This document shows positions 8,801 to 17,438 of a DNA stretch of 45,237 bases, one piece after another. The stretch covers positions 1 through 45,237 of the forward strand of contig JBHLSH010000023.1 of the NCBI GenBank assembly GCA_048881705.1, written 5' to 3'. Numbering within the stretch: position 1 is the stretch's first letter; every line of letters begins with the position of its first letter. The stretch comes from Candidatus Heimdallarchaeota archaeon. GTDB lineage: Archaea > Asgardarchaeota > Heimdallarchaeia > Hodarchaeales > Hodarchaeaceae. Under the pieces are notes generated by a model, which ran no database searches, was not told the DNA's origin, and saw only the letters and a list, made by a program, of their open reading frames with translations. Both the position numbers and the translations under genes were made by a program.

Positions 8801-9374
8801 CCATTCGACGATTAGCTTCATCCAGTTCTTTTAGAGATGCTTGCTTTTTCTCATCAAATTGGCCAACACCTGCAAGGTTCTCCATGAGCTCTCTTCTTTG
8901 ATTAGGAGACATACCTACTATTTCCCCAACCTGCCCCTGCGCTATGATGTTGTAGCTGTTAATAACATCGATCCCTGCAATTCGGAGTTTATCAAGGATA
9001 TCTGTACGTGTTGTTCTCTTCCCATTCAACCTATAGGTTCCAGTTCCATTACGTTTCAATTCCCGTGTGACTGTGATCTCCGGTTCCCGAATAGGAATCG
9101 CATAATCGCTATTATCAAACACAATGTCTACGATTGCTTTTTCACTGGCTTTTTTTCCGCCGATTCCATTATAAAGAAGGTTTACCATGGAATCTGCGCG
9201 CATAGCTTTTTTCGAAAGCAGTCCCAGACAAAAGTTCACAGCATCGATGCTATTCGATTTTCCACTGCCGTTGGGACCCACGATACATGTAAAACCTTTA
9301 GCCAAGGGCATACGCACAGTGGCGGGGCCATAGGATTTCCAACCCGTCATCTTAATTTCTTTGATATGCACCAT
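5772..9374 (-). CDS. smc: Chromosome segregation protein SMC
   Basis: Walker A GPNGSGKSN, IIAQGQV Q-loop, two long coiled coils around a hinge (..EGDVFYSNGIINGG), signature SMSGGEKALTALA, Walker B/D-loop YILDEIDAALD, switch ISH. Confidence 0.98.
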   Translation of the reverse strand: MVHIKEIKMTGWKSYGPATVRMPLAKGFTCIVGPNGSGKSNSIDAVNFCLGLLSKKAMRADSMVNLLYNGIGGKKASEKAIVDIVFDNSDYAIPIREPEITVTRELKRNGTGTYRLNGKRTTRTDILDKLRIAGIDVINSYNIIAQGQVGEIVGMSPNQRRELMENLAGVGQFDEKKQASLKELDEANRRMDELQLLVNEVGKRVESLRKEKEDAERWQTLDTEIRDHRSLLVSYGYHRNNQQISALDEEIGGFRNRQEELMNERTNIETKIEEANERIRSLEDQLIRLETSVTEIRTTAEEKNIEKTKIGEKVEYNKKTISTNENRVTKLQSRLEQINKQIEEDKTRKEELEEEKKNLMKEIEETQASRAQLDMEHEKKSQEYEEIKNEHEDCERRHRVENDRLTKTQVSFEVAQSMVDAFQNNVNEFERRQGQLEEQIKAAEEKTQELKSIIADDTTRLEEARSRIGDIEEKKVSLDGLIESLDAQIRETNDNYLVQKAQIDTISSFLKTEAGKENPAVSFISDRKNNGDLPGVLGEFQNISGSDGAALPSEVGHLSDAIITDTVDHAIKCIQLLKDNAVGAANFIPLERFKLSPTDKFSNIIKKVREQNEIVPDLQAAARAWKKSGSTVTTVEGDVFYSNGIINGGFHLASAQETVETLRAEMKTSQDQLQGLRTQLKEEKENQKKLFQLEKTISESIKKLEENIQNAEIQITQQENQVNLLRENQEQNQTEIAPLQKQLAEKSIERDEQKQQMSFFEENIVKISEELQEIQARLEAADTRPILEKINQVEQQLGKLQGKLGGVESRIESIENQKEERDARITETNNENNTVQMETANLEGEIQVLQEQLSQIDSQLETILENEKQVNEEFKEVRSELNSQKKYHSTLIKDKETVNEKFTKEEEKVTDLKLQRERLAVEVEKLQEEARDNDISFLPAEAEELRDVDDNKITREISRKTEEKTRLEPVNMKALKEFEEENTRFIELLDRRDILIEERQVILDFIEEIETEKYSVFMKVFRSVNRHFGRIFNELSNGDARLILEKDPKKGEDIFEGGILIEAHPAGKKVASLESMSGGEKALTALAFIFAVQTVDAQPFYILDEIDAALDPMNVRRVAKLLHRMSRGVGGDDDDGDGEDTPKRPRQTNGASAQFLVISHRDILMAWADRLYGCTNVKGLSSVFSIQMSEDKRLERDATF

Positions 9375-9420
9375 GGTGCTGAACCCTCGTGTTCTTACAT
9401 AACGTGCGTCTGAGGAGGTA

Positions 9421-9430
9421 TTTTATATAT
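9421..9430 (-). promoter_or_regulatory. Probable TATA box of smc
   Basis: Minus strand ATATATAAAA, about 50 nt upstream of the ATG at 9374. Confidence 0.45.
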
Positions 9431-9707
9431 AGGTCTTTGTAAAGTGTATTATTCTCAGATTAGAGGAAGAATATTGCTTTAGGGATCTACGAACACAATC
9501 ATTCGTATGTTTTTAATTATGTCTAAATTAGTTCGGCCCTTTTGAAGTTTTCTTCGCCGATCACCGGAGGAAATGATTACTTTTTAGGTTCATTCCACAA
9601 TTCTACGAAGGTTTGATGGAAAATTTCTATTGAAGAAGTCGAAGAGGGAGTATATTCAAAAGATAAAGAAGTAGCCCTTAAAAAAAGACAGTTTCAAAGT
9701 AGGCCAT

Positions 9708-9741
9708 AGTCCATAGTGCATTCAAGTTTATACTATGGACT
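9708..9741. promoter_or_regulatory. Perfect 10-bp inverted repeat, possible operator or hairpin
   Basis: AGTCCATAGT-N14-ACTATGGACT in the divergent smc/MFS intergenic region. Confidence 0.45.
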
Positions 9742-9896
9742 TTACAGCTGATTTTGTGTTATAAATGTCCTCTAACGGACGAATCGGAACTGAGAATCTA
9801 TGGCAAGAAATGGAAACATCACCAACGAAATCCATATGTTGATAATGTAATTTAGGAAAAAGCCAAATCGTGGATATCATTGGGTGAACCGAGAGA

Positions 9897-11384
9897 TTGG
9901 TAACAACAGAAACAATGTCTCAGAAAATTCAGTCGAAAGAACAGTTCGATTTCTTAACCACCGAAGAACTCCGAGAAAAACGGAATACCAGACAAAAAAT
10001 ACGAAACGTTTGCGCTCTTGGTATTTTTTCGACCGCCAATGCCGTTATACTGGCCTTTATAATCGCCTACTTTAACGTGGCCTATCTACAAGGGACATCT
10101 GGTTTTGGTTTAGGTCTTTCTCCGGAGTTGGCGGAAACAATATTCAGTTACTCTGTTGCTGCGGGTTCAATCGGCTTTCTAGGGACCGTAATAATTGGAG
10201 GGGCCTTTTCAGACGATTATCGCTCGAAATACGGGGCTCGGGCTCCATTCATTCTATTGGGATCAATTCTTGCTGGGGTTATGTTAGTATTGACTCCAGT
10301 TTTTGCCGGATTAGCCAATCAAGAATTACTTCTTTTGGTATTTCCGGTATGTTTTTTTCTAATTTATGTAGGATTGGGGCTTGCCACTTCTCCGACGGGT
10401 GCTCTCCTGTCTGAATTGTTTACAAAGGATCAGCGGGAATGGATTGGATTAGTTCTGGCAGGATTTGCAACATTAGGGAGTCTAATTGGTTTGATATTAT
10501 TTCCCACCATAGTAAATGTCCTTACTAGTCTTGTTGAGACAATTCAACTTCCACCAACTTTATCTGGGATTGGATACTTTCTTTTTCCTGCTCTGATCAT
10601 TATCCTTGCAGGATTATGCATTTTTTTTCTGATAGAGAAAGCTAATCCGCCCTTTCCCCCTATTGATTCACCAGTTTCAGACATATTACAAACCCCGCAG
10701 TATTTGGCGCTTGGAGGTTCAGATTTTGGCAAAATGTTTTTTGTACAATCATTCTGGGGCTTTGCTTCTGAAACTGTTTCGATTTACCTTTTAATCCATC
10801 TAACAACAGAGTCAGGGATTTCCAAGGCTGAAGCGCCTATCGCTCTATTGGTCGTGGGGTTGGTTTCCGCAATAATGGCGATTCCAGCTGGGCTTTTTAT
10901 TTCCAAATTCGGAAAAGTGAAAACTGCTATCGTGGGATCGGCCTTATACTCGCTATTCTGTTTTATCCTGGCTGGAATGGAGATTGGCAATTATTATTCT
11001 CTGGTTTTCGTTATTGCAGCGATCGGGGGATTTGGAGCCGTTTTTATTGAGAGCGTGCGGGTCTCTTTACCAGCTGATCTCGTACCAGAAGGTAAGGAAG
11101 CTCAGTTTATGGGTATAAACTACTTTGGGGCTTTTTGGACGCAGCCAATTGTCGCTCTCCTGGGAGGGTTTGTCCTCGCTACGTTTGCATCTTGGGAATA
11201 CTCTCCTACTTTTATCCTGTTTATATTAGCTGGTGCTGCGTCGTTTGTGGCCACTATAGTTTTGTTTCTTATTTCCTACGAGAATATGGTTCGAAGTGAG
11301 TATTACAGATTCTATAAGCGCTATCTCGCCATCCGTGGATTTTTCGATGAAAAGCTCGATGCATTGGTGGACGCAATTCTTTAA
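9897..11384 (+). CDS. MFS transporter (GPH/sugar-porter-like); start possibly ATG 9915
   Basis: About 12 hydrophobic segments; GAFSDDYRSKYGARAPFILLG resembles the MFS loop 2-3 motif. Confidence 0.88.
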   Translation: MVTTETMSQKIQSKEQFDFLTTEELREKRNTRQKIRNVCALGIFSTANAVILAFIIAYFNVAYLQGTSGFGLGLSPELAETIFSYSVAAGSIGFLGTVIIGGAFSDDYRSKYGARAPFILLGSILAGVMLVLTPVFAGLANQELLLLVFPVCFFLIYVGLGLATSPTGALLSELFTKDQREWIGLVLAGFATLGSLIGLILFPTIVNVLTSLVETIQLPPTLSGIGYFLFPALIIILAGLCIFFLIEKANPPFPPIDSPVSDILQTPQYLALGGSDFGKMFFVQSFWGFASETVSIYLLIHLTTESGISKAEAPIALLVVGLVSAIMAIPAGLFISKFGKVKTAIVGSALYSLFCFILAGMEIGNYYSLVFVIAAIGGFGAVFIESVRVSLPADLVPEGKEAQFMGINYFGAFWTQPIVALLGGFVLATFASWEYSPTFILFILAGAASFVATIVLFLISYENMVRSEYYRFYKRYLAIRGFFDEKLDALVDAIL

Positions 11385-11424
11385 CGGACGGGTCAACCGT
11401 GAGAAGAAAGGGGGATTGACTGGT

Positions 11425-11988
11425 CTAGGCTATTTCACCACGTTTTCGCATTGCTTCAAGTATCAGGATTCCAAGGTGAGCAAACGGGGCCTCCATTCCA
11501 GTCCCTGATTTTGCGGAAGTTAGATAGTAGCCAGATATATTAAATTCCTTAACGAAACGATTTGCGGCCTCACTAATTAAATCTGCATTACCAGACAATG
11601 TATCAATCTTGTTTCCGACCAATATGACAGGCATATCATCTTGATTGTGTGTTCGTGCCATGTTAAGCCATTCGGGCAATTCCTGTAACGTTTTTATCCT
11701 ACTGGTGTCAAAACACAGAATAGTAGCAGATGACCCTTGACAGTAACCAGGAAAAAGTGAACGAAAACGGTCCTCACCAGCATAATCCCAATATGCAACT
11801 CTGAGAAGATGGTCCCCAACCTCTTGATCCATGATTAAGAAGTTCACTCCAACTGTAGAAACAGCAGGTATGTAGTGGTTCGTCTCGTGTCGTTTCAACA
11901 GGGTTGTCTTACCAACACCGCCTGGCCCTGCAACCACTACCTTTACTGTCAATATGGTGGTATCGAATATAAATTTGCCTTCAACCAT
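11425..11988 (-). CDS. Rab/Ras-like small GTPase
   Basis: G1 GPGGVGKT, STVGVNF, G3 WDYAGE, G4 NKID, G5 TSAK. ATG 11988 preferred over the ORF-track start at 12042. Confidence 0.93.
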   Translation of the reverse strand: MVEGKFIFDTTILTVKVVVAGPGGVGKTTLLKRHETNHYIPAVSTVGVNFLIMDQEVGDHLLRVAYWDYAGEDRFRSLFPGYCQGSSATILCFDTSRIKTLQELPEWLNMARTHNQDDMPVILVGNKIDTLSGNADLISEAANRFVKEFNISGYYLTSAKSGTGMEAPFAHLGILILEAMRKRGEIA

Positions 11989-12022
11989 GTAGATACGTCT
12001 TCCTAGGCATCGGGTAAGGGTA

Positions 12023-12541
12023 TTATTCCGTTTTTTGAGCATCTAGAATTGTTTGTGCCAATAATTGGAAAAGATATTGAGTATTTTCCCCTGTTACAGC
12101 GCTAGTGGCGATATACTGTTCAATTGGGTACTGGTTACGAAACTCATTGATTCGGAGAGGAGATATGGAAACTCCCAGATCACTCTTCGTTGATATCAAG
12201 AAGTTGATACTATTGTCTTCACGTCCGTACACTCGAAGCCATTCATGAAGAGCATCCAAAGTTTCTTCCCGTGATGGATCGAAGGCAAGTATAAGTCCAT
12301 CACATCCTTCTGCATATTGCGGGAATACCATTCGAAATTTGGTTTCCCCTCCGAAATCGAAGACATGGAGGACAACATTTTTACCATAAACCTCAACTGA
12401 TTTTACGGTAAAATCGAAACCAACGGTCGAATAGAGACCCTTTAGGGGAAATTGTTCGTAAAGAAACCTATGAACGAGGGACGATTTCCCTACGTGTTTT
12501 TCTCCTGCAATTACCACTTTTAATGGCTTCTCTAACGACAT
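12023..12541 (-). CDS. Rab/Roc-like small GTPase with atypical motifs
   Basis: G1 GEKHVGKS, STVGFDF, G3 FDFGGE, G4 TKSD, G5 TSAVTG. Confidence 0.9.
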   Translation of the reverse strand: MSLEKPLKVVIAGEKHVGKSSLVHRFLYEQFPLKGLYSTVGFDFTVKSVEVYGKNVVLHVFDFGGETKFRMVFPQYAEGCDGLILAFDPSREETLDALHEWLRVYGREDNSINFLISTKSDLGVSISPLRINEFRNQYPIEQYIATSAVTGENTQYLFQLLAQTILDAQKTE

Positions 12542-12729
12542 TACTGTCCTCTCAAGGACTCACACAATCTAGGAGGAGGAGTTGACTATCAATCCATAAA
12601 TGAATTATCTTTCAAGTAATACAATACAGCAATTACCTTGTTTGAGTACGGTAAATCAATATAATATATATCTATATTCTAATAGGTAGGCCTCTAAAAG
12701 ATGAGTAGCTTAGATTAGGTGAAACAAGA

Positions 12730-14073
12730 TTAATCGGGAGGGATTTCATCGGTAACCTGTGTCTCACGATCTTCTGTTATTTCAGGTAGCGATCGTGGAA
12801 TTTGGATTTCTATCGTTTTAATAAGAAGCGCAAGTTCCTCTGCACGACTCACAACTTGGCTCAGCAGCGAAAAAACGGTTTCATATTTCTCATTTACCTT
12901 TCGCTCAATTATAGCCATGATTTCCTCTTGAAATTGTTCAAGATCCTGAGACCACGCAGATATTTTACCAGCCTGTTGTTCCATGATGTTTTCATATTCG
13001 CTTACTGATTGTTGCAACCCTTTTATGAGTTCGTCACGAGTTTTTTTGGCTTCCTCCTCCAATTCTTTCGAAAGGCCTTCAAAACGATCTTGGAGATCTT
13101 GGCCTACCTTTTTACGCATATAGTGGGCGTTTACTTCATTTAAAATCTCAATATCCGATTTTTTTAAGGATTGGGTTGTCAATGTTAATTCGGTATGGAT
13201 GTTCTCCCTTAGAGATTCGATAATCCGGTTGAAATTCTCGAAGTGTGTTTTTTGATCAGATTTGCTTTGGCTGATCAATTCTTTGAGAGTTCCCTTCAAT
13301 TGCAAAGTAGCCAAACGTTGTTCTTCCAAAGCTCTAGAGTGGTCATCTTTGGCTATCTTTAGATCAGATAGTACCTTTTTGAGGTTCTCGAGCAAATTAT
13401 CGGTAGAAATTAGGCGTTCGGTTGTTTTATCATTAAGATCATTCAGTTCTAAATGAAGGCTTTGGATATTACTTGATAAGCTCGAAATTTCAGTTGATAG
13501 CGTATCCATCAAGTTTTTTGAGGACTGCTCCACCTCAGTTTTTATGGGGCGGTCGTTGATCGAATCTCTGTGTTGTTCCAGCATCTGACCATGCTGGTTA
13601 AGCTGCTCGCGGTGTGAACCAAGATTTTCTTCAAGAGTGGCAGCCCGTTTCCCGAGGGTCTCCATTTTCTCTTGTAAACCAGAGATCTGTTCATTTTCGG
13701 AACTAATGGTGGCATCTAGGTTGGTAACAAGCTTTCTCTGTTTATCTAGGGACTGCTGTAAATTTTGTAAATGGACGGACTGATCAGACAGTTTTTCTTC
13801 TAAAGGCTCAAACCTCGCCTGTAAGGTTTGAAAGGCCGTTATCTGTCCCTGAAACTCCTGATTTTGGCTATCCTGCCTCTTAAACTGTTCTAATGCCTCA
13901 TTTTTCCAGTTCTGAAAATTTGATTGTAATTCTTTCATCCGTTCATCATTTTGATCTATTTTTGCCTGGAGTTCTGTAATAGATTCCGTATTCCTTTCCA
14001 ATAACTGGATTAAATCTCGTTGCTGTCTTTTTATCTCGAGATTGGCGTTATTTTCATTATCATTTTGAGACAA
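12730..14073 (-). CDS. Long coiled-coil protein of unknown function
   Basis: 447 aa, Q/E/L/K-rich heptad character, no ATPase motifs; TTG start overlaps the upstream gene. Confidence 0.8.
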   Translation of the reverse strand: MSQNDNENNANLEIKRQQRDLIQLLERNTESITELQAKIDQNDERMKELQSNFQNWKNEALEQFKRQDSQNQEFQGQITAFQTLQARFEPLEEKLSDQSVHLQNLQQSLDKQRKLVTNLDATISSENEQISGLQEKMETLGKRAATLEENLGSHREQLNQHGQMLEQHRDSINDRPIKTEVEQSSKNLMDTLSTEISSLSSNIQSLHLELNDLNDKTTERLISTDNLLENLKKVLSDLKIAKDDHSRALEEQRLATLQLKGTLKELISQSKSDQKTHFENFNRIIESLRENIHTELTLTTQSLKKSDIEILNEVNAHYMRKKVGQDLQDRFEGLSKELEEEAKKTRDELIKGLQQSVSEYENIMEQQAGKISAWSQDLEQFQEEIMAIIERKVNEKYETVFSLLSQVVSRAEELALLIKTIEIQIPRSLPEITEDRETQVTDEIPPD

Positions 14074-14476
14074 GGTTGAGCTTCTCCTTTAATATTGAAT
14101 ACGATTCTGTTAGAGCTACTCTAATATCTTCGAGCTTGGAAACAAGCCTAATCTCAATACTCTCTCCTTTTACAAAACTATTAATATCAAATGTTTTAAT
14201 GATATGGGGTGAGAAGCGCTTCCAGTGTGCGGAGAGTTCATGAACATTACGAGCGTCTGTTAGAAGGATCAGTTGAGCATCCGCTTCCAGCTTTTCGACC
14301 AAAATCCCTACTTCTTGACCCTCAAAGACTAATTGCGTAACGCCTTCATTTGTTAAACGATCTGGATTTCTTTTTAATACTAAAATAAGGCCCGTGTTCT
14401 CCTGATATATGGGGAAAATCTCTTCTGGAGTTTTTAAGAATATTCCTGAAACTGAAAATCCCTCTGCAAACTTCAA
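14060..14476 (-). CDS. Hypothetical protein, possible longin/profilin-like fold
   Basis: 138 aa; pattern looks like b-b-a-b-b-b-a-a (VSGIFLKT, EIFPIYQ, VTQLVFE, EVGILVEK, AQLILLTD, VHELSAHWKRF). Fold call is inference. Confidence 0.6.
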   Translation of the reverse strand: MKFAEGFSVSGIFLKTPEEIFPIYQENTGLILVLKRNPDRLTNEGVTQLVFEGQEVGILVEKLEADAQLILLTDARNVHELSAHWKRFSPHIIKTFDINSFVKGESIEIRLVSKLEDIRVALTESYSILKEKLNLVSK

Positions 14477-14615
14477 GAGTAAAGGAAGACCGCTAATTTA
14501 GCTCACCTCTGAAATGGATTTCTGGGATCTAAGAATTTACGCGATAGAAGAAAAAAGGCTGAATTTAAAAAAGAAATCCTTTCAAGTCTTTTTCAAAAAT
14601 AGCCCTTCAACAACA

Positions 14616-15335
14616 ATGACATCAGAAATCCCCCTCAGTTCGTTCCGCGAGTTAACGGTGATTATTCCCACATTAAATGAATATGATAACATAGGAAAAA
14701 TGATTTCTCAGTTATTAGAGAACTATAAAGATATTTCAATTTTGGTTAGTGACGATGGGTCGAAAGACGGTACGGCCGAAGTAGTTGTTGAATGGAGTCA
14801 AAAAAATCCCCGGATACGACTCTTAGATAGAAAAGAACAGCCCGTCAAAGGATTGAGTATATCAATCGTTGATGCAGTTAAAATTGTCCAAACTCCCTAT
14901 TTCTTCGTTATTGATAGCGATTTTCAGCATCCACCAGATAGCATAGAAGAAGGATTCGCCGTTATGGTGAGGGAAGATTTCCCTCTCGTAATCGGGACCC
15001 GTCGACAAGTAGAAGGCTGGAGTATCACCAGGAAGATAATTTCATGGGGGGCCTCAACCCTCGGGAAATTCTCTCTCATGTTAAGAAGAAGGCCGCGCCC
15101 CATGGATATTATGAGTGGCTTTTTTGGCGGAAAGACAGCATTTGTATTGGAAATTCTGGTTAATAATCCCCAAACCGTTGCTCCAACGGGATATAAGATT
15201 CTTTTTGACCTATTAAAAGTTATTCCCAGAAACGCTCGCGTTGGTGAGTTTTTTTATACTTTTAAGGGGCGAGATCAAGGTACATCAAAAATGGGAAAAA
15301 GACAGATGATGATTTTTTTTCGTTCGCTTTTCTAG
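14616..15335 (+). CDS. GT2 glycosyltransferase, polyprenol-phosphate mannose synthase (DPM1-like)
   Basis: IIPTLNEYDNI, SDDGSKDGT, VIDSDFQHPP, DIMSGFF, GYKILFDLL, RDQGTSKMG; no C-terminal TM domain. ATG 14616 preferred. Confidence 0.88.
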   Translation: MTSEIPLSSFRELTVIIPTLNEYDNIGKMISQLLENYKDISILVSDDGSKDGTAEVVVEWSQKNPRIRLLDRKEQPVKGLSISIVDAVKIVQTPYFFVIDSDFQHPPDSIEEGFAVMVREDFPLVIGTRRQVEGWSITRKIISWGASTLGKFSLMLRRRPRPMDIMSGFFGGKTAFVLEILVNNPQTVAPTGYKILFDLLKVIPRNARVGEFFYTFKGRDQGTSKMGKRQMMIFFRSLF

Positions 15336-15416
15336 ATTGAATCAATCTTGGAAAATTGGAGATTGGGAAAGGAACGCTTTGATTGTTAAAAAGTATGAGA
15401 ACCTGCTTTCTCCTGT

Positions 15417-16028
15417 CTAGAACTGCCTTTGCCTAGGAACAGTTGATCTGATTCGACTAGTGGTTTTTCGCATCCTCCGCTGTTTATCTACGAAGGCCAT
15501 GATATTCGAACCTAGTAGGGCGAAGGCAGCTTGGATATTTACGCCTGTTTTGGCACTAGTTTCAATGAAATGGCACGTAAAACCTTCAGGGGCAGTTAAC
15601 TTAGTGAGTCTCTCTGTGAAAATTCTTCCCTGTTCCGAGGATACCGTGTCATCTGACAGTTCTCGCATATCGATCTTGTTAGCAACTACGACGATTGGGA
15701 CTCGCCCTCGTCCATTGTTCGACCAGAGTTCATTGATCCACTTTGGGGTATTAAAATAGCTATCGGGACGAGTAACGTCATACACGAGGAGGGCGCCTAC
15801 TGATCCCTTATAGTAGACCTCTCGGACGGCATCAAATCGTTGTTGTCCTGCAAGGTCCCATATTTGGAATCGGACGGCCTGACTATTTATGTTGTCGTCC
15901 CGCATGGCAAAATCAGCTCCAATCGTAAGAAGATATTGGGCCTTGAAGCCTTTTCCTAGATAGCGCTCACGGATGGCGGTTTTCCCCACCCCTCCGTCTC
16001 CAATCAATACAATTTTGAGTACGGTCAT
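15417..16028 (-). CDS. Rab-like small GTPase
   Basis: GDGGVGKT, TIGADF, WDLAGQQRF, NKID, ETSAKTG; basic C-terminal tail. Confidence 0.96.
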   Translation of the reverse strand: MTVLKIVLIGDGGVGKTAIRERYLGKGFKAQYLLTIGADFAMRDDNINSQAVRFQIWDLAGQQRFDAVREVYYKGSVGALLVYDVTRPDSYFNTPKWINELWSNNGRGRVPIVVVANKIDMRELSDDTVSSEQGRIFTERLTKLTAPEGFTCHFIETSAKTGVNIQAAFALLGSNIMAFVDKQRRMRKTTSRIRSTVPRQRQF

Positions 16029-16666
16029 TGTGAGTCACTTTCTCTGGTTTTAAGGATCCTACCACTCGTGTTGATTTCTTAGTTCGTTTAAGAGTGATCC
16101 TTTCCTTACTTTGATTGTTTACCGTTTGTCTTTTGGGAGCATTAATTAAAGGTGTTTCTATAGAAATCGTTCGATAATTGTGTTTTCGATTATACTTTGA
16201 TGACGTCATAAACATAGCTATCATGTATGTTTTCCCCAGATATTATTGCAAACATGCAATGAGATCAGATACTGGTATAGATCATGTAAGTGTTTTGATC
16301 GAAATAAAGGATGTCTTCATCTTCCCTGTAAGTCACATTTTATAAAAAAAAGGACAATCATTAATAAGAATAGGCTTGAAGAGGAACTTGGATTAATAGA
16401 AATGATTAAATTGATTACCATGAGGAAATGGTGAGTATATAGCACTCAAGAAACCGTAATTTCTGCCAACATACTCAATAGGGCCCTCAAGATGATAATC
16501 TTATAATTCGGAAATTCACCTTCTCGTGATATTCCATTAAAAGAAGACAAATCGAACAAGAACAAGGTTTTACGGTTTAACAGAGAAGGCTTTCACGGGG
16601 TTATCAACAAGAAATAGGCTATATTGGTAAACATATATGTGCCTTGAATTATACAGAGTTGATTAT

Positions 16667-16960
16667 ATGATAACGCGTAGAGAGAGATTAGTAGAACTGC
16701 TTTCTAAACCAGGAGTCGATATGACACTGCTAGAAATGTCCGATGAGCTAAAAGTTTCCGTGAAAACCGTCATAGAAGACATAGATAGCATAAGGAAGAC
16801 ACTTAGACGGGAAGATCGACATATCGAAGTTCGTCCAGCGGTCTGTGTTAAGTGTAATTTCATATTTTCTGGCCGTACAAGAATCTCGGACCCTACTAAA
16901 TGCCCTAAGTGCCATTCCGAACAAATTGAACCGCAAGGATTTCGGATTTCTAAATCTTGA
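16667..16960 (+). CDS. HTH plus Zn-ribbon transcriptional regulator (COG3357-like)
   Basis: TRRERLVELL..MTLLEMSDEL..VIEDIDSIRKTL followed by CVKCNFIF..PTKCPKCHSE. Confidence 0.88.
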   Translation: MITRRERLVELLSKPGVDMTLLEMSDELKVSVKTVIEDIDSIRKTLRREDRHIEVRPAVCVKCNFIFSGRTRISDPTKCPKCHSEQIEPQGFRISKS

Positions 16961-16966
16961 TGAGCT

Positions 16967-17395
16967 CTACTCACCAGTACTACCCAAACCGCCCTTACGA
17001 TCGTCGCGCGTATCCATTCGCGTTACTTCGACAAAATCACAGTTGTTTGCTTCATGAAATATTATCTGGGCGATTCTCTGGCCCTGGTGAATGTGACATA
17101 TCTCTTGACTTCCATTATTCAAGATCACAAAGATCTCATCCCTATAACCTGAGTCGATAATACCCCCAGTAGTAAATAAGCCTTTCACGGCCATGGAACT
17201 TCGTGTTTCAATTCGGCCGTAGACCCCGGTAGGGATCTCTAAACAAAATCCTGTCCTAAGTATAGCTGTACTGCCAGGAGGAACCATGGCATCTTCGATG
17301 GCATAGATGTCGGAGGCAGCGTCGCTTATATGGGCTTTTTTGGGGAGGACTGCCCTAGTATCAATTTTTAGGATTTTAATTCTCAACGATTTCAA
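16967..17395 (-). CDS. dut: Trimeric dUTP diphosphatase
   Basis: AASDIYA, RSSMAVKG, GGIIDSGYRDEI, GQRIAQII, RKGGLGSTG (dUTPase motifs 1-5). Confidence 0.93.
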   Translation of the reverse strand: MKSLRIKILKIDTRAVLPKKAHISDAASDIYAIEDAMVPPGSTAILRTGFCLEIPTGVYGRIETRSSMAVKGLFTTGGIIDSGYRDEIFVILNNGSQEICHIHQGQRIAQIIFHEANNCDFVEVTRMDTRDDRKGGLGSTGE

Positions 17396-17438
17396 TTTGG
17401 GGCACAGGTGAAAGGATATCGAAACTGTTTAAAGCAAA

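Noticed and set aside
5752-9413. Antisense and alternative-frame ORFs within smc
   Set aside because: No motifs; shadows of a long coiled-coil gene.
12730-14073. Coiled-coil protein as a second SMC/Rad50 or an ESCRT-III subunit
   Set aside because: No Walker motifs, hinge or Zn hook; length and pattern do not fit Snf7/PspA.
15967-16224. 85-aa minus-strand ORF overlapping the GTPase start, as a frameshifted N-terminal extension
   Set aside because: The GTPase has its own ATG right before the first beta strand; no slippery site or motif supports a fusion.
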